Part shown: piece by piece, positions 56,957 to 64,000 of the stretch
How the letters are laid out: each line of letters starts with the position of its first letter
Numbering within the stretch: the stretch's first letter is position 1
Assembly: GCA_002402965.1 (NCBI GenBank)
Contig: DHGW01000092.1
Coordinates: 37,382 to 101,381, forward strand
Length of the DNA stretch: 64,000 nucleotides
Direction of reading: 5' to 3'
DNA from: Bacteroidales bacterium UBA4788
GTDB lineage: Bacteria > Bacteroidota > Bacteroidia > Bacteroidales > VadinHA17
Position numbers and translations under genes: made by a program
The notes under the pieces: generated by a model
What the model was told of the DNA's origin: nothing
Databases searched by the model: none
Seen by the model: the letters and a program-made list of their open reading frames with translations, nothing else

Positions 56957-57706
56957 ATGCTTACCCCCATAAATATAATTGCACTCTCATTAATCATCTT
57001 CATCGCATCCATTGTCAGGGGGTTTACCGGATTCGGGCTGGCGCTGGTTGCTGTGCCACTGATACAGTTCTTCATGCCGGTTTCAGACACAGCGGTATTT
57101 ATCGCCTTTATAAACGCAATCTTCTCAATAATCTATTTTCGCAGGTCCAGGGAGATAGTGAGGGATCAGCCCCTTGGCAGGATGGCGTTATGGACCGGTA
57201 TAGGCGTGGCATCCGGCACTCTGATTCTGAAGTTCACTAATCCGGTATATATTCAGCTGGTGTGGGGTGTGCTCATAATCTTTATTGTGATAGCGCTGGT
57301 CAGGGGTGTCGACTTCAGGATCAGATCCGATACCTCCGCCATGACCCTGAGTGGTCTGCTCGGCGGTCTGCTAGCCGGAGCAACCGGCATTACCGGACCT
57401 CCCGTGGCAATAATTCTCTCCTCACTAAAGACTCCGAAGGAGAAATTCAATGCCCTGATCTCTGTCTTCATCCTCTTTGCAGTCTCATATGCACTGGTGT
57501 TTTACCTGATATCAGGACTCGTCAGGACCGAAACCTTTCTGCTTTCGCTATGCTCTGTGCCCGCACTTCTGGCAGGACTCTATACGGGTGACAGACTGGT
57601 TTCAAGGATAAGCCAGCAGACTTTCACCCGCGTGGTTTACATCGTTCTGATCCTGATGGGAGTAATCACACTCTTCAAGGGTGTGAAGGCGCTTATTATA
57701 AATTAA
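56957..57706 (+). CDS. TauE/SafE-family (sulfite exporter-like) membrane protein
   Basis: 249 aa from the ATG at 56957. Polytopic with GFTGFGLALVAVPL and GATGITGPPVAI repeats typical of TauE/SafE. Confidence 0.8.
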   Translation: MLTPINIIALSLIIFIASIVRGFTGFGLALVAVPLIQFFMPVSDTAVFIAFINAIFSIIYFRRSREIVRDQPLGRMALWTGIGVASGTLILKFTNPVYIQLVWGVLIIFIVIALVRGVDFRIRSDTSAMTLSGLLGGLLAGATGITGPPVAIILSSLKTPKEKFNALISVFILFAVSYALVFYLISGLVRTETFLLSLCSVPALLAGLYTGDRLVSRISQQTFTRVVYIVLILMGVITLFKGVKALIIN

Positions 57707-57729
57707 GACACTATATCTTCGTTGACGTA

Positions 57730-58347
57730 ATGCTCTTTTCAGATACATACAAAACAATTGACAATGAGGCGAAAGGACTCTTCAAGGACCGTGGAAGCAG
57801 GTTTATTTCACTTGCCATCCCGGTTTCTTCTCAGGAGGAGATAAAAATCAGGCTTGCCGGGCTGAGAAAGGAGTATCACGATGCCAGGCACCACTGCTAT
57901 GCATGGGTGCTTTCACCCGACAGGCAGATATGGCGTGTCAATGATGACGGAGAACCGTCAGGAACTGCAGGAAGACCTATCCTGGGGCAGATCAACTCGC
58001 GCGAACTGACGAATGTACTTGTTGTGGTCATAAGATATTTCGGCGGAACCCTTCTCGGTGTGAGCGGGCTGATAAACGCCTACCGGTCCGCCGCCGCCGA
58101 TGCTCTGGACCACGCTCAGATGGTGGAGAGACACATCATGGAAAGATGGCTTCTCACGTTTCCCTATATTTCAATGAATGACGTGATGAAGGTCCTAAGG
58201 GATGACTCATGCAAACAGACGGAACACAACTACAGCGGCAGCGATGTCACACTTGAGATTTCCTTCAGGTCCTCCTCATCCGGACAGGTGACAGGAAGGC
58301 TGAACAAAATACCCGGCCTGAAGATGAAATGGCTGGCAACAGTATGA
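57730..58347 (+). CDS. yigZ: YigZ / IMPACT-family protein
   Basis: 205 aa. RGSRFISLA...ARHHCYAWVL...DDGEPSGTAGRPIL is the UPF0029/IMPACT signature. Confidence 0.88.
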   Translation: MLFSDTYKTIDNEAKGLFKDRGSRFISLAIPVSSQEEIKIRLAGLRKEYHDARHHCYAWVLSPDRQIWRVNDDGEPSGTAGRPILGQINSRELTNVLVVVIRYFGGTLLGVSGLINAYRSAAADALDHAQMVERHIMERWLLTFPYISMNDVMKVLRDDSCKQTEHNYSGSDVTLEISFRSSSSGQVTGRLNKIPGLKMKWLATV

Positions 58348-58443
58348 GCCGGCTATTTTTTTAAATAGTTTTAAACATGCGGGAAATTGCAGGGGCACTT
58401 ATAATAACTTTGTCTCAGTTCAGGTACCTAAAAACACAACTTA

Positions 58444-59352
58444 ATGAAGACCAAAAGCTTAGTCTCAATTGATGATCTCTCCACGGAGGAGATCACAAAG
58501 ATTCTCAAGCTTGCCGCTGAATTTGAAGAGAACCCAATCCAGGACATTTTGCACGGCAAGGTTGTGGCAACACTGTTTTTTGAACCGTCAACCCGCACGC
58601 GGCTCAGCTTCGAAAGCGCCGTCAACAAACTCGAAGGCAGGGTAATTGGTTTCACCGACTCTTCCAGTTCGAGCGTCACCAAGGGTGAGACGCTGAATGA
58701 CACTATCAGAACAGTGAACAACTATGTTGACCTGATAGTCATGCGCCATCCAATTGAGGGCAGTGCACGCTATGCAAGTGAGATATCTGCAGTGCCGGTG
58801 ATAAACGCAGGTGACGGTGCCAACCAGCATCCCACACAAACTCTGCTTGATCTCTATTCCATACTCAAGACGCAGGGCACGCTGGATAATCTGAACATCT
58901 GCATGGTGGGCGACCTGAAATATGGCCGTACGGTTCACTCGCTGCTGATGGCAATGTCCCGATGGAAAACATCATTCAACTTTGTCGCTCCGGAAGAGCT
59001 GAAGATGCCTGATGAGTACAAGCTCTACCTCAGGAACCTGGGCCTGGATTACTATGAGACAGCCGACCTGAACGAAGTGATCAACATGGCTGACATAATT
59101 TATATGACTCGGGTACAGCGCGAACGCTTCTCAGACCCGATGGAGTATGAAAAGGTAAAGAACGCATACGTCCTGCATTACCATATGCTGGCGGATACAA
59201 AACCGGGAATGAAGATCCTTCATCCCCTGCCACGCGTAAATGAGATCAGCACAGATGTCGACTCCAACACGAAGGCATACTATTTCGAACAGGCTCTTAA
59301 CGGTGTATATACAAGGCAGGCAATCATCTGCTCCTTACTCGGATTAAAATAA
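58444..59352 (+). CDS. pyrB: aspartate carbamoyltransferase catalytic subunit
   Basis: 302 aa with [17 protein letters not shown] and HPLPR motifs. Confidence 0.95.
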   Translation: MKTKSLVSIDDLSTEEITKILKLAAEFEENPIQDILHGKVVATLFFEPSTRTRLSFESAVNKLEGRVIGFTDSSSSSVTKGETLNDTIRTVNNYVDLIVMRHPIEGSARYASEISAVPVINAGDGANQHPTQTLLDLYSILKTQGTLDNLNICMVGDLKYGRTVHSLLMAMSRWKTSFNFVAPEELKMPDEYKLYLRNLGLDYYETADLNEVINMADIIYMTRVQRERFSDPMEYEKVKNAYVLHYHMLADTKPGMKILHPLPRVNEISTDVDSNTKAYYFEQALNGVYTRQAIICSLLGLK

Positions 59353-59358
59353 ACGACC

Positions 59359-59826
59359 ATGAAAAATATAAATGACCCGAAGCAGTTGCTCGTCAGCGCC
59401 ATCGAAAGCGGAACAGTTATAGACCATATCCCTGCAAGTACCCTCTTCAAGGTTATTAAAATACTCGGCCTCGACAAAATCAGGAACCAGATTACATTCG
59501 GCACCAACCTCGACAGCAAGACCGACGGCAAAAAAGCAATCATAAAGATCGCCGGAATTTTTTTCGAGGATGATGACATAAACAGGATCGCCCTCGTGGC
59601 GCCTAACGCAAAGCTTAACATCATCCGTGATTATAAGGTTATAGAGAAGCGTGTGGTGGAGGTTCCGGATACAATCACAGCCATCGCCAAGTGCATGAAT
59701 CCCAAATGCATAACAAACTTCGAGAAGGTGACAACCCGCTTCAGGGTCATCTCAAAGAAACCGGTGGCGCTAAAGTGCCAGTATTGCGAGAAAATTACTG
59801 ATCAGGAGAGGCTCGAGATCATCTGA
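59359..59826 (+). CDS. pyrI: aspartate carbamoyltransferase regulatory subunit
   Basis: 155 aa. GTVIDHIP and the C-terminal zinc site CxNPxC...CxYC (CMNPKC...CQYC). It starts 6 nt after pyrB. Confidence 0.93.
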   Translation: MKNINDPKQLLVSAIESGTVIDHIPASTLFKVIKILGLDKIRNQITFGTNLDSKTDGKKAIIKIAGIFFEDDDINRIALVAPNAKLNIIRDYKVIEKRVVEVPDTITAIAKCMNPKCITNFEKVTTRFRVISKKPVALKCQYCEKITDQERLEII

Positions 59827-60274
59827 GCCGGTCATACGACCTTACCCTGATCTCATCCTTCAGTATGGCACGGTTTGCAAGCCATGCAAGGATTGAGCAG
59901 ATAAGCGGGAACACCGCTTTGATCTTCCAGACCACCGTAACGTCTATCTTACGGTCAAACGTCAGGATATAAAATGCTCCCAGGATAATTGTGCCGAGGG
60001 AGAGTAACAGTACAAGCATTGTCAGCCTCATCTGAAGCGATCTCTTTTTGTAGAAAAAGATCGCCACAAGCGCCAGCACCGGCACCAGTGCCAGAATAAC
60101 CGCCAACGGCCAGATACGCTGGATCACCTCTCCTCCATTTTCAGTCAATCCCCGAAAACCGAGGCTGAAGACAGTCCCGCCTTCAGTGTTGAGACTGATC
60201 AGGTCGCCGGTCAGTAAGAGTCCCGAAAGAATCGCCACTGCCAGGAGAAACAATGTCTGTATTCTCTGTATCAT
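59819..60274 (-). CDS. DUF4293 membrane protein
   Basis: 151 aa. The MIQRIQTLFLLAVAIL start and 4 TM helices are typical of DUF4293. Confidence 0.7.
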   Translation of the reverse strand: MIQRIQTLFLLAVAILSGLLLTGDLISLNTEGGTVFSLGFRGLTENGGEVIQRIWPLAVILALVPVLALVAIFFYKKRSLQMRLTMLVLLLSLGTIILGAFYILTFDRKIDVTVVWKIKAVFPLICSILAWLANRAILKDEIRVRSYDRLR

Positions 60275-60286
60275 TTTGGTTTTTAA

Positions 60287-62815
60287 TTAATTGGTCTTGA
60301 ACAACTTTCTGAAATTCTGGTAGTCAAGGTAGTATAAAATTTTCAGAGAAATGCTGTTTGTCTGGGGGTTCGACAGGAGGTCACCGAAATTCTCAAATCC
60401 GTCACTGATAATTACCTCCCCTTCCGACCAGATGGCGTTCTTCCATACCAGTGACAGCTCACTTCCCGGGGCAAAGCGCCAGGTGTACACCATATCAATA
60501 TTCAGGAAGTTGGTGTTCACGTCGCTGTTGTTCACCGGGGTGGAATAAATCCTGTCAAGGAGACTGCCGTCAGACTGCAGCGTCAGGTAGTTACCATCAT
60601 AGTCAGCCCTTGACCAGTAGTGTCTTCCGCGCAGTGTAAGGTAAGAATTGGCTGAGAAGATGAAGGCTCCCGAGACGGTGTTCGTGATAGTTGTCAGATC
60701 ACGTTCACCGAATGTAATTCCCTCAGTTGGATGTGCCATCACGAAACCGATGTCGTTGAAAATCTTCTCCACACCAATTGAGTAATCAAACGAAAAGCGC
60801 CTGTTTACCTTGAACTCAGGCTGGACAGACCACATGTAACCGTGTTGCCCGTAGTCAGACCAGGCCTTCATGTATTCTGCATTTCCCTCGATATAGAACC
60901 TCTTGCTCTTGTCGGTATCGCCCCTGAAACCCACTTCCACAGCCGGCGGGCGGTGATAAAACATGGACATGTCCGGAGTGCGGGGCTCAAAATAGTCATC
61001 CTCGCCCCACGGTGTGAACTCCAGATCAAGTGAAAGCGACCAGTAATTCATCAGGATGAGCATGGCGTCAAGCTGTATTCCGGCTGTGGTGAACGCCCTC
61101 GGTCTGAAGAGCTGACCGTAGCTTAAATCGAGTGATGTCCTTGTGGACATGATATTACCGAAAGGCTCGTAGGTGTTGTAGGAGATGTCCAGTGAGTGGC
61201 TTATGCCATTGTTTCTCCTGAGATAACCCATGTCATTGGGATCATACGTATCACTCAACAGGGAGAAGTTGTAGTCGGTTCTGAACTTACCTCCTGTCCT
61301 GCCGGCATTGAAACCCAGCGAGTGGCCCAGTCCCGTCTGCGCGGAGTTGTAGTATTTCTGGCTCAGCGAAGCTCCAGCAGATGCTGACCAGAGCCTGTCG
61401 GCGGTCTTTATCATGGCCTCGAAACCGGTAACGTTTGCCGTGTAAAAGTTTTCATCCTTCTCTGCAGCCCTGATGACACTTGTGTTCATAAGGCTGACGT
61501 ATGAGTCGTTCTTAAGGGTCTGATCCAGTACCAGCATATTGTAATTAGTAAGGGGCTCAGTCATGATTTGCCTCCTCTCCCCGGTGACCGTATTCTCTAC
61601 CTGTGCCCAGGTGGTATTGGTCACGGCGTTGAAAAGGCCGATGCCAAGTCCTCCGCCCGTCCTGCCTGATATCTTCGTGGCGTTAATCAGGCTAACCTCC
61701 GCCGGGTTATTGGTAATAACCTCATTATCACCAATCATTGAGTGAACACTCCTGACAAGGTGAGGAGTGCCGCCAATTCGTCTGGAGTAAAATATGTCAC
61801 CCTTGTTGAATAACTCCGTCCCCTCCATGAAGAACGGCCTCTTCTCATTGTATTTGACCTCATACGGGGAGAGGTTCAGGACATGGTCGTCTGACTGAAC
61901 CTGCCCGAAGTCAGGGATGAGGGTGGCGTCAAGGGTGAAACTCTCAGTAAGTCCTACCTTGAGATCCAGCCCCCCGTTGTATGCCGTGCCCACACCCGGC
62001 TCATCCGTGACATGCTCAAGATAGCCTGAGACATATGGCACCAGCGAAAGCCTCAGCGGGGGCTTCACATCACGTATCCCGGACAACTCTCCCATATGGG
62101 CAATTGTGGCTCCGAACTCCTTGGTTACGAAGTTCCATGATGATGTCTCCCTGACACGTCTCACCTCACGCCAGAAGTTAATACCCCAGAGCTGGGCGGC
62201 CGACCGGGGAAAGCGAAGTGCGGAATAAGGTATCTTAATCTCGGCAATCCACCCCTCCCCGTTTACAGAGGTACGGCTCTCCCAGACTGCATCCCAGGTG
62301 TCATCATGGCCCCAGTCGTCTCCGGTGGAGAGCTTGTTGTCTATCTGTACATTTGATGCGGAAACCTTGAACATCTCCCCGTTCAGTCCGTCATTGAAAG
62401 GCGAAATCTCCACCCAGAAATGGTCGGCATTGATGTCCCCCTCATCCCGCTGGCCAAGCTCAGTGAAGATGCTGTCAGGAGAATTGTCATACATTATTGC
62501 ACCAATATACAGTGCATCATCATCATAGAGAAGACGAACATCTGTCCTGTAATAGGAAGGCACCCCGTTGCGGGGGTTATAGATTATGAAGTCGCCTGCA
62601 GGAGAGGCATTCTGCCATGACTGTTCATCAAGTTTACCGTCAATACGAATATTTTCAGGAGTCCGTACAGCCTCCGCCCTCTTCTTATCCTGCGCTGAAC
62701 CCCGGAGAGCACCCGGGCTGAGAAAAAGAATCAGTGTCAGTAAGAGCAGGCTCCTGAGAGCTTTTTTGTTGCGGACCAGGTTATGCATCAGTCTATTTTT
62801 CACGTCTGAAGGCAA
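60287..62815 (-). CDS. DUF5916 / CBM9-like domain outer-membrane protein
   Basis: 842 aa with a signal peptide. The N-terminal CBM9-like region is IDGKLDEQSWQNASP...DDALYIGA. The long beta-rich C-terminus ends in an aromatic-rich segment. Confidence 0.65.
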   Translation of the reverse strand: MPSDVKNRLMHNLVRNKKALRSLLLLTLILFLSPGALRGSAQDKKRAEAVRTPENIRIDGKLDEQSWQNASPAGDFIIYNPRNGVPSYYRTDVRLLYDDDALYIGAIMYDNSPDSIFTELGQRDEGDINADHFWVEISPFNDGLNGEMFKVSASNVQIDNKLSTGDDWGHDDTWDAVWESRTSVNGEGWIAEIKIPYSALRFPRSAAQLWGINFWREVRRVRETSSWNFVTKEFGATIAHMGELSGIRDVKPPLRLSLVPYVSGYLEHVTDEPGVGTAYNGGLDLKVGLTESFTLDATLIPDFGQVQSDDHVLNLSPYEVKYNEKRPFFMEGTELFNKGDIFYSRRIGGTPHLVRSVHSMIGDNEVITNNPAEVSLINATKISGRTGGGLGIGLFNAVTNTTWAQVENTVTGERRQIMTEPLTNYNMLVLDQTLKNDSYVSLMNTSVIRAAEKDENFYTANVTGFEAMIKTADRLWSASAGASLSQKYYNSAQTGLGHSLGFNAGRTGGKFRTDYNFSLLSDTYDPNDMGYLRRNNGISHSLDISYNTYEPFGNIMSTRTSLDLSYGQLFRPRAFTTAGIQLDAMLILMNYWSLSLDLEFTPWGEDDYFEPRTPDMSMFYHRPPAVEVGFRGDTDKSKRFYIEGNAEYMKAWSDYGQHGYMWSVQPEFKVNRRFSFDYSIGVEKIFNDIGFVMAHPTEGITFGERDLTTITNTVSGAFIFSANSYLTLRGRHYWSRADYDGNYLTLQSDGSLLDRIYSTPVNNSDVNTNFLNIDMVYTWRFAPGSELSLVWKNAIWSEGEVIISDGFENFGDLLSNPQTNSISLKILYYLDYQNFRKLFKTN

Positions 62816-62945
62816 AGATATCTCTCCAAACCTTTCGATAACCCTGCAAATATCAAATTAACAATTATTAACTGCATTCAGTCTGTTGCACGGGCATGAC
62901 TTGCAGATGACATTTTTTGTATTTTTGCAGCTTATTATTCAGGTC

Positions 62946-63809
62946 ATGAAAAAAACAGAATTAATTACCAACCCGGACGGGTCAGTGTTCCACCTGCACC
63001 TTCTGCCCGGTGAGATTGCCGACAATATAATTATTGTAGGAGACCCCGGAAGGGTTGAGATGATAGGTGAGATGCTCGATTCGGTGCGCGTGCGGAAGAG
63101 CAACAGGGAGTTCAGCACCGTCACGGGAAGCTACCGTGACGCGGAGGTGACAATTATATCATCAGGGATAGGTACCGATAATATAGACATACTGGTCAAT
63201 GAGCTTGATGCTCTTGCAAATATTAACCTGAAGACGGGTGAGATTGCTGAAGAGCCGCATTCACTCTCCTTCATCCGTCTTGGAACTTCCGGCGGTCTGC
63301 AGGATGATCTGCCCGTTGGTTCCTTCATCGCAACGTCGAAGGCGGTCGGTTTTGATGGTGTGCTTCATTTCTATGAAGGATATGAATGGTGTCTTGACCA
63401 TATGCTTGCCGATGCCCTGGCTTCCCATCTCGAATGGCCTGACGTGCTTGCATACCCCTATGCTGTTGATGCTGACGCCTATCTTCTCGAGAGGCTGGCC
63501 TCAGGAATTACAAAGGGTATCACCATCTCCACACCCGGGTTTTACGCTCCGCAGGGACGACGCCTCAGGCTCGAACCATTTGACAGCGACATCAATGAAA
63601 ACATCACATCCTTCCGTTTCAGGGGAGAGAGAGTCACCAATTATGAGATGGAGAGTTCAGCCATCTACGGACTGGCAAAACTTATGGACCACAAGGCACT
63701 GACAATATGTGTGGTGATAGGCAACCGGGTGACTGGCGAATTTCTGAACGACTATAAGCCTGCAGTAAGGATTCTGGCAAAACAGGTACTTGACGGGCTC
63801 AGCTCCTGA
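62946..63809 (+). CDS. nucleoside phosphorylase (PNP/UDP-1 family, uridine-phosphorylase-like)
   Basis: 287 aa from the ATG at 62946. Motifs IIVGDPGRV, IRLGTSGGLQ and NYEMESSAIYGLA. Confidence 0.85.
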   Translation: MKKTELITNPDGSVFHLHLLPGEIADNIIIVGDPGRVEMIGEMLDSVRVRKSNREFSTVTGSYRDAEVTIISSGIGTDNIDILVNELDALANINLKTGEIAEEPHSLSFIRLGTSGGLQDDLPVGSFIATSKAVGFDGVLHFYEGYEWCLDHMLADALASHLEWPDVLAYPYAVDADAYLLERLASGITKGITISTPGFYAPQGRRLRLEPFDSDINENITSFRFRGERVTNYEMESSAIYGLAKLMDHKALTICVVIGNRVTGEFLNDYKPAVRILAKQVLDGLSS

Positions 63810-64000
63810 AGACTGCCAGTATCTCCTTCATTATCGTTATTGCCGCCTTGCCGTCTCCGTAAAACCCGGGATACTGCAGTTCACTGCCGTTGGTCATGAA
63901 ATATTTCCAGGCCTCCCTGATCTTAACAGGGTCAGCATCAGCAAGCTTCACAGTTCCGTTCCTGACAAGTTCAATCCATTCTGTCTCCTTCCGCAGAACA
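63799..64000 (-). CDS. C-terminal fragment of a UDP-N-acetylglucosamine 2-epimerase-like protein, 5' end outside the window
   Basis: Absent from the ORF track because it is truncated by the window edge. Manual minus-strand translation gives VLRKETEWIELVRNGTVKLADADPVKIREAWKYFMTNGSELQYPGFYGDGKAAITIMKEILAVFRS*. The TE(R/W)xE...GT.KLVG...YGDGKA pattern resembles the WecB C-terminus. It overlaps the convergent phosphorylase gene by 11 nt. Confidence 0.5.
   Translation of the reverse strand, partial: VLRKETEWIELVRNGTVKLADADPVKIREAWKYFMTNGSELQYPGFYGDGKAAITIMKEILAVFRS

Overview
Gene-dense 64-kb chromosomal segment with about 57 supportable features. It looks like a Bacteroidota genome. That is an inference from a T9SS-type C-terminal sorting domain, a Bat/aerotolerance-type operon, long-form YidC, DUF349, lipoprotein signal peptides and TAnnTTTG-type -7 boxes. 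I ran no database search; all calls come from reading the translated ORFs and the DNA. Most of the window is housekeeping or ordinary accessory metabolism: glpK, trkH, cspA-like, tRNA-Arg(TCT), yidC, pyrG, pyrBI, queE, a three-phosphatase cluster, GH92 with a transglutaminase-fold protein and LacI, and a nucleoside phosphorylase. Three regions stand out. (1) 40.7-48.8 kb holds an unannotated 45-aa ORF with a double-glycine leader, which is absent from the ORF track. Around it sit a C39-peptidase ABC exporter, a sigma-70/ECF-like factor, a 1021-aa extracytoplasmic TPR-CHAT (caspase-fold) protein, a membrane TPR anti-sigma-like protein and a minimal histidine-kinase core. I propose this is an uncharacterised peptide-sensing, protease-gated sigma-factor module. 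(2) 19.8-28.5 kb is a six-gene corrinoid-uptake operon behind a cobalamin riboswitch (BtuB-like receptor, beta-propeller lipoprotein, BtuFCD-like transporter). It unexpectedly embeds a T9SS-sorted S1 serine peptidase with an intact catalytic triad. (3) 10.6-15.2 kb carries two tandem, divergent, fused large+small-subunit aconitase-family hydro-lyases downstream of an AraC regulator. I saw no CRISPR array, transposase, integrase or rRNA. Two partial genes run off the window edges and are missing from the ORF track.
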